From the NCBI GenBank assembly GCA_964016885.1, contig OZ024741.1, positions 146,444,001 through 146,508,000 on the forward strand: a stretch of DNA of 64,000 nucleotides, in the 5' to 3' direction. The stretch's first letter is position 1; every line of letters starts with the position of its first letter. Origin of the DNA: Eledone cirrhosa (taxonomy: Eukaryota). The notes beneath the pieces were generated by a model. The model did not search any database. It worked only from the letters and a program-made list of their open reading frames with translations, and was not told where the DNA came from. A program made the translations under genes and the position numbers. Of this stretch, positions 36,770 through 49,642 are shown piece by piece.

Positions 36770-38600
36770 GAGGTTATAGTTCACTTGAAGCATTGTGTAA
36801 TGAGGTATAAACGTTTGTATATGTATAATAAAGCCAAAACAATGCAGGTATGGACATAGAATAAAGAATGCAAATGAAAAAGATATTGTTGACAATTAGT
36901 CTTTTACCTTAGATTTATTTAAATGTCCTTAATTTTTGAGATAATATCTCTTCTTCAGAGCGAAGTAAAGTTGTCAACCAGTGTTCTAAATAGCTTGCCA
37001 AGTCATGCTGACAGGAAATGGTATAGAGTATCTGTTCTATCTCTAATGTCAAAGAGTTAAGATTAGGTGGATAAAGAGTAGTCTACCTTTAAAAGGGGTT
37101 TGATTTTGTTTTTTTTTGTTTTTTTATATACATGCCTGTTTAAGTGTGTGGGAGAATGCATGAAGGTGTAAGTATGTGAGTGTGAGAAGATATGTCTATT
37201 CGTAAATGTGGGGGATAGGTGTTATCTCGTGTTAGAACTGGTTTTGTGTGTGTATGTGTGAGAGAGAATAAGTGGAGGTTTAAGCGTGTGTGTGTGTGTG
37301 CATGTGTGTGTAAATATGGGGCTAGAAGCTCTATCAAGTTATAAATTGAGTGTTGAGTTCTAGTCTATTATTGATTGGTGGTTGTGTTTTGTCTATAATT
37401 AGTGCTTCCTTAATTCTAAGATTGCCGAGGTTTCTTTCCTTGGTTTCTATCCTAACTGTTATGGTTTTGTCGGTGTTTTTGCATTTAAGTAGGTGTTTCT
37501 TAAATGAGGAAGCGTTAGTATTGAGGTGTTCTTTTATTCTTATGTGGAGTGGTCTGGTGGTGCTACCTACGTAGAAGTTGTTGCATTTGTCACACTCTAG
37601 TCTGTATACGACGTAAGCCTGGTGGCATAGGTCTGTGTTGTTGATGGGGCAGTTGGCGAGTCTGCAGCAGTTGTCATGTCTAGTGGGGTGTCTTTTGGTT
37701 AGCTGTCCGCGTAGAGAAGGACCTGAGTGGGCCAGTTGGATATCTAGTTCCTCTCGTCTGATAGCTCTGCGGATGGCTGTTGTTGTTTCTTCACTGAAGT
37801 GTGGGAGCTTCAGGAAGCAAGTGTTAGTGCCTCGGGTGTGGTGTCCTCTGTTCTTTCTGGCACAGTTTGTGGTGGATGTCGTGTATCCGTTCAGTTTGAG
37901 TACTTCCAGAAAATGTGTGGTGTGTGTGTCTCGGTCTCTAGCGTCGGTGCATTTGTTCCGGATACGTGCCAGTTCATTCCTTATGTATCCGAACTTGGCA
38001 CCGAGTGGGAGGGCCGATCTGAAATGTACAAACAGGTCCCTGCTGGTGGCTTTTTTATAGAAGCAGGTGTGGATGTTGCCTTCCTCTGTTACCCTGAGTT
38101 GGAAGTCCAGTAGGAATAGGGATCCGCGGTCATCAGGGTGTTCCATGCTGAACTTTATACTGGCGTCCATGCTGGAGAATGTTGTGTATATTTTATCTGC
38201 CTCACGGGATGATGTAAGGATGAGTATGTCATCTACATATCGGGTGAAGAAGGTATGGGAATGGCAGGTGTTGAGGGCTCGGCATTCTAGCTGGTTCATG
38301 TAGGTGATGGCCAGCAGGCCCGATAGGCTGGATCCCATGGGTAATCCTGTTGTCTGTCTGTATGTGTGGTGGTGGAAGGTGAAGTACGTGTTGTCTACTG
38401 TGAAGGACAAAGCTGGTGTATGTCCGTCGGGTGGAGGCCGTAGCAGTGGATGTCCTCTGCGACCACGCAGTCCGTCAATAAATCGACAGCTGGATGAGCG
38501 GGGACTGTAGTGTAGAGGGAGACAACGTCAAGGCTAAAGGCGTATTTATTTAGTTTAAGTTGTTCTGGCTGGAGTTGGTGTAATCTACGTATAACATTCA
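36770..38600 (-). mobile_element. Penelope-like retroelement, 5'-truncated (RT + GIY-YIG endonuclease + pLTR-like 3' region)
   Basis: FSLDVVSLYTTVP, frameshift near 38400, GLPMGSSLS, RYVDD, Cys-rich linker, VVYRLECDKCNNFYVGST...RIKEH...EAL...IN; ORF stop at 37334. Confidence 0.9.
36928..36960 (-). ncRNA. Degenerate hammerhead in the Penelope 3' pLTR
   Basis: Minus strand CT-CTGAAGA-A-GAGAT-ATT-ATCTC-AAAA-AT-TA-AG; G12 is changed to A; palindromic stem III AATT. Confidence 0.55.
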
Positions 38601-39121
38601 TACATACATAGGAAGCTTCCACATCAGCAGTGACATAGACCACTTCTACTTGAAACATAAGCAGGGGGGCAGAGGCCTAACATCAGTTCAGATAGCATTT
38701 GAGTGTCACATCATATCCCTCCGACAACATTTACGAACCTCCAAACATAGAAGCCAATCTATTCAGTAAGTCTGTCTCCATGCTTCTCCCATCTTATGGA
38801 ATATATATTTGGATTCATCAGAATGATTGGATTATATAATTAATTAACTAAAAATTAATTATATGTCCTATGAGATGGAAGAAACATGCGTTAATTAAAA
38901 TATGATATACTTAACAGTTTTATTTTCAATGTAATATTTGCTCTATGAGACTACTTAAACATTTGTATTAAAGAGTTCATACAATTAAATATTGTATGTA
39001 ACCTGAAAAGTTTCCTGTAATAAATTTCATATTTTGAGCTGCAAAAATTTCTTCACCTACCTTTATCTGTTTTTTATTTGAAATCAACTGTATATGAGTG
39101 TGTGTGTATATATATATATAT

Positions 39122-39502
39122 ATCATCATCATCATCATTTGAGATCCGCTTTTCCCCTGCTTGCAAGGGTGGGACGGGAACTGATTCTGGCTTGATTTCT
39201 ACAGCTGGATGCCCTTCCTAACACCAACCTCATTTACAGTGAGTACTGGGTGCTTTTTTTCCGTGGCGCCTGCACGTCCACTTTACAGTGTGGGCTGGGT
39301 GCTTTTTTGCCATGGCACCTCCACGACCACTTTGCAGTGGAATGATAGGGACCCCAGTCCTATCATCTCATTTCTACAGGTGAGTAAACTGGAGCAATTT
39401 GAAATAAAGTGTCTTGCTCAAGGAAACAACACATCACCCAGTCTGAGAATTGAACTCACAACCTTTCGATTGCAAGCCCAATGATCTAACCACTAAGCCA
39501 TG
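39122..39502 (-). mobile_element. SINE family 2
   Basis: Reverse-complement match to 8420-8757 with one extra ~58-bp tail unit. Confidence 0.88.
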
Positions 39503-39503
39503 T

Positions 39504-39707
39504 ATATGATAAGATTCAGGACCCTGACAGCTGAGCACCAGCCGTTTTGACAGCTAGATCCGATCTATCTTTTGGACCTAGCTGTCAAAACAGCCAGAGC
39601 TCAGCCATCAGGATCCTGAATCTTTTCATATTACCCACTCTACTACCCCAAGTATCAAGTACTCTCGTGGGTTATGGTCTTGGTGGTTTTTACCACAGCC
39701 TATCTGA
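39504..39707. mobile_element. Head-to-head fold-back fragment carrying the 3' half of a hammerhead
   Basis: ~58-bp imperfect arms across 39504-39631; the arm reads AAAA-CGGCTG-GTGCT-CAGCTG-TC-AGG; the tail TTACCCACTCTA-TACCC-AAGTAT is shared with 46846-46925. Confidence 0.65.
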
Positions 39708-39867
39708 TATATATATACATATATAGAGTCTGTGGCACTGAGACTGGGGAGAACACTAATCATGAGAGTACTTACTACATGGGGATATGCAGAGAGGATA
39801 TACAGAGTGGTAAAATCACGACAGTGACGCCAAGTGGTTTCTGAAAACACTTGGTGCCATGGTCAAG

Positions 39868-39944
<77 letters not shown>

Positions 39945-39947
<3 letters not shown>

Positions 39948-40690
39948 CATCATCATTATTATCGTCACCATTTTACATCCACTTTTCCATGCTTGCATAG
40001 GTTGGCTGGGCCTTTGCCAACACAGCATCACTCTACTCACTATGGGTTTTTGTCATCTTTGTGAGCTTCAGTGATTCGTGATCAACTTTTGCAACCTCTT
40101 CCCATAACTTCCTTCATCTCCTGCTGCAGCTCCCTTCCATTGGGATTTCTTGGCATTTCTTAACACAGTAATCATAATCCATATGCATCAGATGACCGCA
40201 CCAAGACAATCTTCTGACCACTACATCGAATTCCTCTTATAACTACATTTTCTCTCAGTTCATCTTTGCTTTATTGTTGATGAATATTAACCTAGCATAT
40301 CCATCATTTCGCTTCACCTTTTGCATATACTCTGCCTTCATTGTCCACATCTCAATGTCATACAATATCCCACTTCGAAGACAGTTATCCAGGTATCATA
40401 ACTGGCCTTTCATTAACAGAGAGAAACCTTTTGTTATCAACAGAGGTAATAGCTTCCTGAACTTTTTCCATCCTGTTCATATTCTAGATTATATACTCTC
40501 AGTTATATACTCTCTTGCATTTCTAATTAGATCACCTTGGTAGCAAAAGCTATCAACCATGTCTATGTTCTTGGGATCGGAAAAAAGTTTATTTCACAGA
40601 TGCTTTTACTAACATTGTGCATCTGTTAATTACAAAGTATACCTTTTCAATTAGTCTCCATGCATTGTGTGCATTAAGGCAACATGGATG
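39945..40690 (-). mobile_element. Old RTE 3' fragment
   Basis: Minus-strand remnants SFCYQGDLI and GWKKFRKLLPLLITKGFS; CATGGAAAAGTGGATGTAAAATG tail. Confidence 0.7.
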
Positions 40691-41385
40691 CAATATTAGT
40701 AAAAGTGACTGCCTGGTTTTAAATTTTCGATGGATCAGATTTTGAATGTTGTTCAATATCATTATTCAGTAACTTTACAGCTCTTGAACCAATATAGAGA
40801 TCTATCACCAATTGTAAATTATTACACTATATATACACACACATTTATCTTGATATATATACACACACATTTATCTTGATATATGTACATACACACTTTG
40901 ACTCAAACTCTTGCATAGACAAGAAAAGCATACAAAACTTGATACAACATATGTATATATGGTCCTGTAACTCTTGAGAGAATCGAAGGGGCGCCATATA
41001 GATATATAGCGTTTCTAGGGAATTTGTAAACCTGACAGCGACCATCTCCACTCCAGGTCTGAATACAGCAGATTTCTTCCAGAGAAGGATAATGTGAGTG
41101 AGAGGATGGAATTGTAGAAGAGATATAGAGTAAGAATCGCCCTTGAATGGATGATAGGCAAAGTTGACCATGGCAAGATTTAAATTCAGCGTGTAGAGAG
41201 CCAAAATGAATACGGCAAAGCATTCTATCCGACGTTCCACCCTCTCTGCCAATTCGGTGCCTTACCATGCAATATATCCACCCTGATATATAAATCTAAT
41301 ATATGAAAACATTTCACATACCTACAACATCCGAGCCATGGACATATGCATGTACTCCTTTAAACATATATAAAATCTCAATCAT

Positions 41386-41471
<86 letters not shown>

Positions 41472-41938
41472 TTAGGGTAAACATTGATGTTAATTTTTTA
41501 ATTGTTTAATTTATAATTTCTGATATTTGATTTAGGATTTTAATTTTTATTTCCAACTCTCACTCATAACTTCCAATGTAAAACCATGATACCTAGAATT
41601 AAGCTTATTTTCTCTTAGGAGTTGATGCTCAGTCGTACTGTCCACGCTTGGTGAGAGGTAGTATTGTGACCTGTAAAAACTAACACTCTCCCATCCCCTC
41701 TGGCTTTCGGCTGACTGCCACAGTCGGGATGGGTAGCAGTAAATTATGGTACAGGCCTGAGTGGGTCGTCTGCGGTAGCTAATGGTCAACTTCCTTTGGA
41801 CATGCGCCTGTGCAGACCGGTGGGGGTGAATTGGTACTCACAAGGGAACGGATGAAGAACTCAAAAGCACACACTTCGTCCGTTCCCATGTCGATTCAAT
41901 TTGGATTGCCTCGGAAACATAACCTTATTATGTAACAA

Positions 41939-42012
41939 GCTGTCTGATGATGTCACGACACTCGCACACAGAACAGTGTGGCCAGTGTCGTCATTGAAAT
42001 ATATATCACAGC
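41939..42012 (+). ncRNA. Type I hammerhead ribozyme with extended stem II
   Basis: GCTGT-CTGATGA-[TGTCACGACACT...CACAC/GTGTG...AGTGTCGTCATT]-GAAA-TATATA-TC-ACAGC; stem I is a perfect 5 bp; predicted cut after C42007; the base of stem II is non-canonical. Confidence 0.7.
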
Positions 42013-42059
42013 ATTATTATTAAAGGACTTGAACATCGGAAACTACTTCGCTTTTCCTT

Positions 42060-42149
<90 letters not shown>

Positions 42150-43054
42150 ACTCTACAATTACACGCATATGCCCACAAATATTAAATGTGCATACACATA
42201 TATATCTATGCACATATACATAGATATATATACAGAACACATGCATGTATATTGCAAAACATGTGTGTGTATCTGAACCAACGTTTATGGGCGCATATAT
42301 ACACCCACACGGACATATACATATATTTTCAGTACTATAATTTCATTTTCAACAGTTTCGGTGGCTTAGTGGGAAGTACCAGAGATAGTGAAATCCTGGT
42401 CTGTAGGTTCAATCCTGGACTCGGGTTCAATCCTTGCTGGGAGACATATCTAACGTGTCCTGTTAATCTTTTGATAAAGAAATTTATAATTTCATTTTCA
42501 ACAGGGGTTATTTCCCTGAATTTTATGTTGTTTAGAGTTATCTCCCTTACATCATATATTAATTTAGATTTTTAATTTTTTATTCGTTTCTTTAAGTTTG
42601 TGACATACTGAGTGAGAATAAGTATAGGGTGGTTTTACAGGTTTCGGTTAATTGATTGATGTCGTGTTGTTATACTGCCTTGAAGCGATTTAGTTGAAAA
42701 TGTTGACCCTAGTACTTTTTTTGATCTTGATATTTATTTTACCAATCTCTATTTTGCCAAAATACGAAGCTACTGGAGGCAATAACAAACAATGAACATT
42801 AATACAAGCACGAACACACTCATAAACACATATACACGTGCATGCAAGTGTATGTGTGTGACTGAGATTACTCTCTGTTGCGACTATGAGTTTCATAATT
42901 GGTTGATGATGAAGCAGGCAATCACAAAGCTTAGAGGCAATCTCAGTAATATAATAAAAAATACTGAAAGCTATTTTTTTATAATTGAATCTGGGGAAGA
43001 GCTAGAGAAGAAATTCCCGTTGTGGAAACATAACTTCAAATCAATTGGCTTTGG

Positions 43055-43085
<31 letters not shown>

Positions 43086-43741
43086 TTTTTTTATTGGCCA
43101 CAAGGGGTTACACAAAGTAGATATTAAGGACAGTACAGGACAATACAGGACGGTACAAATGGGCATTTCTGCGTGTAAAAAAAAAACAACAGAGGATGTA
43201 ACAAAAAAGAACAATGAAAAATTCCTCAATAGGGGGAGACTTCCGAGGGCCATCGTGGAGAAAGCCCATTAAAAAAAGACACGGTGACCCTGACCACTAG
43301 GGCAAGTGCCCTCTCACAGTTTTCCATCTTCAATTTACAAGCATATACTCAGAGTAGGCCCATTCACTCGGGCCATTCTTGCCTCTCTCACTCATCTTTC
43401 AACAAAATGCTGGGAAGAGAGCACTTCCCTCTCTACCCTGATTTTCCTTTTCAAATGAAATTTAAAAAAGTTAATCAAGGCATCATCGAAAAGTAAGTGC
43501 TCGTCTTCAGCACTTTCAGACGCGTCCGCCATACTATCTCTTTCGCCATGGCCACCAGACAGATAAAAACTGCCTGCCCTTCCCGGCTAAAGGAATAGGG
43601 CGAGGCAATCCTCACGATGGACTCAGCTGATAGCCGGATCTGTTCTACATAAACCCACAAGTCAGCAATGCTCTGACACTGGACGAGTGCATGCAGGACG
43701 GTTTCGTCGCCCTGCGCACATCTCGGACATTCCCGGCTGTC
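43086..43741 (-). mobile_element. L1/Tx1-like LINE 3' end (CCHC zinc knuckle, AATAAA plus short poly-A)
   Basis: CPRCAQGDETVLHALVQC...LW...AKEIVWRTR; 3' end CCAATAAAAAAA; flanked by an AATAATAATGA duplication. Confidence 0.75.
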
Positions 43742-44003
43742 AATAATAATGAAATTAATGTGTACAGTGCTCAGGTGCATTACAACTCATCAAAGGTGCA
43801 TGTATAGTGCATAGAATAATGTACAAATGTCAGGAAAGTGAACAGTGTATGAGTCATGATATACGCACAGATACATGTTTGCGTGTGTATGGAGGGGCAA
43901 TATCAAGTGTAGTGTTGGTGAATTTCAGGAAGCATGCAGGTGTCCCAACAGCTAACAAATGATGCAGGTAGTTTGTTCCATGCTTCAGCAACTCTGAGTG
44001 TGT
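43742..44003 (-). mobile_element. CR1-like 3' fragment
   Basis: Matches the 3' end of 15599-19198 (TLRVAEAWNKLP, 3' UTR, TTTCATTATTATT). Confidence 0.85.
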
Positions 44004-44920
44004 TGGCAAAAACCAAAGGTTCACTAAGTAGGAAAGAAGACAGAACTCTGATCTCATCAACAAAGTGACCTTGCTCAATATATAGAAAAGGAGAAGGTAG
44101 GAACTCTATACAATGTCCACAAAGCAAATCTTGGATAACCACAAGGTGTTGTGGGATAGCATGTAGGCTAACAAGAAAGGAAGACTTTATATGTAATTGA
44201 TGTACACAGAAAATTGATAGTGATAGTAAGAGGCCAGACATATAAACCTTTTCCAATCCCAGGAAAGATCCATAGAAATGGTTGATAGCTTCTGCTACCT
44301 AGGTGATCTAATTAGCAGTGGAAGGGTACTCTGAGAGAATAGCTAAAATAAGAACAGGATGGAAAATGAGAGCTACAGCCTCTGCTGAAAAAAAGGCTTC
44401 TCTGTATGTATAAAAGGATAGCAGTATGATGCATGTGTGTGATGTGCAATACTGCATGGTAGTAAGACATAGGTGCTGAATGCATAAAATAAGCGAAGGT
44501 TGGAAAGAAATGAAGCAGACATGCTTTAATGGATGTGCATGAATCAAGTGAGAGAAAAACTAGATAAAAGAAGGATCAGCTGGAGTGTGCAAGAGAGATG
44601 ACTGTACTGGTAAGGATATGTGATGCACATGGACGATAATCATTGGGTGAAGAAATGCCAAAAATTTGCAGTGGAATAAAGCTGCTGTAGAGGAAGATCA
44701 ATGAAGAACTGAACGAAGGTGGTGAGAGATGATATCAAATCAATAATGCTCACAGAGGTGATGATGAAGGGGCGTGACAAGTGAGGGATGCTGTATAGAA
44801 AAAGACCCATCCAACCCATGCAAGCATGAAAAAGAAGACATAAAATCATGATGGTAAATAGTATGGTATTGAACAATTTTCTTTCTTGTTTGCAAATTCT
44901 TATACACCCCCACCACACAC

Positions 44921-44971
<51 letters not shown>

Positions 44972-45188
44972 CACACACACACACATACACACACACTTAT
45001 ATTTAGGGAGAGAAAGTGGGAGTTACTAATTAATAGTAGTAAGACCATTATTCCACTTAACACTTAATACTTAAGAAAGTAGAGTGTTACCCACTTGTTG
45101 TCGAAATGGCAAGAGCTCAGCTGTAAGGCAGAAAATCATTATATTACATACACACACACACACACACAAACACCGACACACACAGTAA

Positions 45189-46004
45189 TCTGTATATATA
45201 TAAAATTAAGTGTGTGTGTCTGTGTATTACTTATAGGGGCCTACATCTTACGACCGATTTTCATGAAACTTTACAGGCTCATAGATTAGTCATCGCGGAG
45301 TGTTTTCCATATATCAGCGTCGTATCGTTTTTTTTTTATTCCAGGGTAATTCTGCAGATAAAAATCGATATGGGGGGGGGGGGGGGTCACCTTTTTTTAG
45401 GTATCGAAAAATAAGATTTTTGGCTCTAGCTCCCACATTTTGCCACCGATTTCGTTCAAATTTTAAAGCAAAATAGAATTTATCATTGCACATACTGTAA
45501 TGGCTTTATACTTTGCATGTATTTTTCAGGGACGGCGTGGCAGCCGCTTAAATATTCAAAAGTACTACTTTTAGACTCAAATTTCCACTTTTTCGGCTCA
45601 ACTTCCCCCATTAATCAACCTACTTTGTTCAAATTTTACAGTACGCTAGATCTGATTATTCCACGTCTTAAAGTGGCTTTACATTTTGGATTTTTTGTTC
45701 AGGAACGGCGTGGCAGCCGCTTAAATATTCAAAAATACCACCTTTTCGCTCAAATTTCCACCTTTTCAGCTTTAGCTCCCACATTTTTCAACCGATTTCG
45801 TTCAAATTCGAAACTCCCTCCACCAGCATGCCCCTTTATCAGTCACCCATGTTTCTCAGTGATAGAGTTTATCACCACCCTCCCCCGCATGGCCTGTGTG
45901 TGGCCATAGATGAGTCATCGAGAAGCAGTCGCTAAGATCAACACCTTTTCATGAAAGCAGATATTATTTAGCAGTACCCAGGCAACGCTGGGTACTGCTA
46001 CTAG
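45189..46004 (+). mobile_element. Complete non-autonomous Helitron-type element (816 bp)
   Basis: A|TCTGTATATATATAAAA start, 13-bp subterminal hairpin TAGCAGTACCCAG/CTGGGTACTGCTA, CTAG|T end, no TSD, internal ~172-bp duplication. Confidence 0.85.
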
Positions 46005-46753
46005 TATATATATATAACAAAAATATAGATGTTATGTCTGAGAAAATCTCAAACATGCACAATTGAAGAAGCTCAAAGAAAGATTCCAAGGAATAAATCT
46101 GAGCATTTATAATAAAATTAAAAGATCGATTGACATACATATAAATAAATATTTAACAAGAGATAATTTGTAAAGAATGTAAAAACATGTAGTTACAAAA
46201 GGTAGCATATTAAAATTTAACAAAAACTTCAAATATAGATACCTGGCAATAATTATTTTTACTCCTTCATACATATTTCATTATTGCTTTAGAAATATGT
46301 TGCCCAATTAAATAGTGAAGTTCAATAGTCAATTCAGGATCCTGAGAAGCAAATTCCATAACCACACCACTCATCCATGCTTGCACTTGTAACAGTAAGA
46401 TTATAAGATTGTGCAGTAAATTTTCCTTAAATTATAGATCAATTTCTTTTCAGAGAAAACGATTTGGATTTTTGTGTGTAAGCAATAGAAACCATATAGT
46501 TTTACTTTTAAAGTTATATTCTATGTACAAGAAGGCTTTATTTCCAGGTTTACTCAAAATAAGTGTATTGGAATATGATCATTGGGTGAAGAAATACCTG
46601 GAGTTTCCAGTGGTAACAAGTTGCAGTAGAAGGCCAAGGAAAATCTGTGAAGAAAGGGTGAGAGTAGATCTCAAAATGCTGAACTTCACATAAGATAAGG
46701 CAACTTCCAAGTATGGAAAAAATGGATGTAAAACTATTAAACACGATATATAT

Positions 46754-46922
46754 ATAGGAACAAGTATCACCCCGACGGCAGAGCTCAAGCCGTTTCGACG
46801 GCTATTTCTGCTTGAGCTCTGCCGTCGGGGTCATACTTGTTCCTATTACCCACTCTATTACCCTAAGTATTGAGTACTTTGGTGCGTTATGGTCCATCTG
46901 GTTCCTTACTACAATTCCTTCG

Positions 46923-46925
<3 letters not shown>
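46754..46925. mobile_element. TA-flanked head-to-head fold-back fragment carrying the 3' half of a hammerhead
   Basis: 37-bp arms 46754-46790 and 46810-46846 (1 mismatch); the minus strand reads GAAA-CGGC-TTGAGCTCT-GCCG-TC-GGGG. Confidence 0.7.
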
Positions 46926-46959
<34 letters not shown>

Positions 46960-47489
46960 GTTTAATATAGAAATGGCTTCTACAGGATTAGAACTGTTTC
47001 ATTCAAAAGAAATCATCTGGAAAGTCATATATATAATTTCCTTTTCTTTCTTGTTAAATTAAACAATTCAGTGTTAAGAATTGAAATAGACATCACTCAC
47101 CCATATTTTCCATCATTCTGCATTACCATTATTATCAAAAAGGGTTCCAGTTGTTAATGTGGCCAACTGATGCACTTACCTGAAAGAAATTAGAAAGATC
47201 AATTAGATTTCATACAAGATATAGGGCTATTAACAACAACAACAACACATACACACATATAAATATAGATATTGCATGGAAAAGCAAATGGCGATATTAG
47301 GTATATGGAGACAGACAGATAGGCAGACAGACAGGCAGGTAGATAGATAGAAATAATATATATGTACATATATATAAATGAGTTGAAAACATTACAGTAG
47401 ATTTGTGACCAATACTGAATTATATTATAATATGCAATACATTTTAATTTGTGAACAAATGCCCAGTTATGTGCAATAGAAATCATGGC

Positions 47490-48568
47490 AATGGCCTTGG
47501 CCTTGCTCAGTATGTAGAAAAGGTGTAGGTAAAAATTCCATCCTCTTCCCCAAATGCAAACTATGGGTACACAAGAGATGTAGTGGAATCTCAGGAAGAT
47601 TAGTTAAGAATGAAGAATGTAGGCTTTACATATAGCAGTTGCACGAGGACAGTAAGCAGCAAACAGCCACAGGAAACAAGCACTTCCAAATTCTGGGAGG
47701 GCTCTGTAGAAACAGTAGACAGCTTCTGATACCTAGGTGACCAAATTAGCAGCAGAGGTGGATGGTCTGAAAGTACAGTAACTAGAGTAAGAACGGGATG
47801 GAAGAAGTTCAGGGAGCTACTCGCACTGCAAGCTGCAAAAGGCTTTTCTCACAAAATGAAAGGCAAACTGTATGATAGGTGCATACGAACAGCGATGTTA
47901 CATGGTAGTGAGACCTGGGCGCTGTATGTAGTAGACTTGAGTAGATTAGAAAGAAATGCAGCTTGCATGCTCCAATGGATGTGTAATAGTAATATACGCA
48001 AACAGCAAAGCATAAACGAACTGAGAGAGAGACTGAGCATAATAGGAATCAAATGTTGTGTGCAGGAGAGGAGGTTGCATTGGTATGGACATGTGAAGCG
48101 TATGAAGGATTGCAGCTGCATAAAAAGGTGCAGAGCACTAAAAATCGATGGAAGCCTTGGAGTGGGGCGACCCAAGAAGACCTGGGATGAGGTGATAAAA
48201 GCTGACCTTGCCCAATTGCACCTCTCAAAGACAATGACACAGAACTGTGACCTCTGGCATCATGCAGTAATACAAAAGACCCAACTCCCCATGGGCACAA
48301 CCGAAGCTGAAGCATATAGACAATATGCCCCACTCCCTCCCACTGTAAAATGGTCGTGTAGGCACCATGGTAAAAAAGCACCCAGTACTCACAGTAAATG
48401 AGGTTAGTGTTAGGAAGGGCATCCAGTTGTAGAAATCAAGCCAAAATCAGTTCCCGCATGAGAAAGACAAGGTCGCCCAACCTTGCATTGTCCACAATAG
48501 GACAACCCGTCTAACCCATACTAGCATGGAAGAATGGATGTAAAACAGTGATGATGATGATGATGATG
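47490..48568 (+). mobile_element. RTE family B 3' fragment
   Basis: PHD remnant, MKGKLYDRCIRTAMLHGSETW...GRPKKTW, 3' UTR, (GAT)n. Confidence 0.9.
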
Positions 48569-48831
48569 AATTCTAATTAGTTATGTAAGTTTTTTTAACA
48601 TGAGTTCAGTAACTTTTTAATTATAGAGAAATTTATGAACATTTTAATTCTGTCATATTATTTCACTTGTATATTTTCCCCTACAAATATCATTTCTTGA
48701 ATTAAAATAAATTGGAAATTAATATGACATGCACCTTTTCTTTGTTTTTAACAGTTTTCTACACTATACTAGACTTCCAGTGTTGAAGACTTTTTGAACT
48801 ATAGTTATAGTTTTATTATCTAATAATTTTA

Positions 48832-49027
48832 AGGGCGGTGGATTGGCAGTATCGATAGAGGGTCGGACGCCATGCTTTGCAGCACAGAGTTACGGCCCTT
48901 TATGGTCTGAGTTCAAATCCTGCCGAGGTTAACTTTGCCTTTCATCCTTATGGGGTCGATGAAATAAAGTACCAGTAATGCACTGGGATAATTGCTGGCC
49001 TTGTGCCAAAAGTAGAAATAATTATTT
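48832..49027 (+). mobile_element. SINE family 1
   Basis: Full head, core and tail as at 28203. Confidence 0.88.
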
Positions 49028-49169
49028 AATCATTTTTAATTGTCTAAATGAATATATTATAATGCAGATTGCAAATATTAGCTGCTCTATGATAAGTTTT
49101 CTTGTTAAAATAATAGAGGTGCAAACATATGGCACCTTGAGTCCCCAAACTGCCCCACTCTACTCACTT

Positions 49170-49642
49170 TGATTCCCTGGGCATGGATACATTAAAGCTC
49201 TGATATCTGGCATCTAACTTGGTAGACATCCACTTGATTATTAACCATCTTTCCAACAACAGCCCTGAGCACTTTTTTGAATTCCATATGTCTAACACCA
49301 ATGGACATGCTTGCAAAATCAGAAAACTACAACTTCCATGACTTTCGGAAACATTTTCTCATGCTCAGAGTTGCAGAAGCATGGAACAAACTACCTGCAT
49401 CAGTTGTTAGCTGTCAGGACAGTACATCCTTCAAAATGCATCCCGAAATTCCCCAATACTACACCTAATATTCCCCCTCCATACACACACACGTGTGTGT
49501 GTGTCTGTGTGTATATCGTGACTCATAACTCTGTTCACTTTCCTGACATTTGTACATTATTCTATGTACTATACATGCACGGTTGATGAGTTGTAGTGCA
49601 CTTGAGCACTGTACATAATTTTCATTATTATTATTATTATTA
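49170..49642 (+). mobile_element. CR1-like 3' fragment
   Basis: HDFRKHFLMLRVAEAWNKLPASVV, 3' UTR and (ATT)n tail. Confidence 0.85.

Larger units (their letters stand above)
42975..44860 (+). mobile_element. Old RTE fragment (42975-43054 plus 44002-44860) split by nested CR1 and L1/Tx1 inserts
   Basis: IIESGEELEKKFPLWK...GF before the insert continues as LAKTK after it, followed by PHD remnant, DSFCYLGD, 3' end and tail. Confidence 0.75.

Noticed and set aside
36725-36895. N-terminal extension of the 855-aa ORF (and of the 503-aa ORF at 4334-4400)
   Set aside because: It reads through (TA)n and flanking DNA (YIYIY); it is not a real start, and the elements are 5'-truncated.
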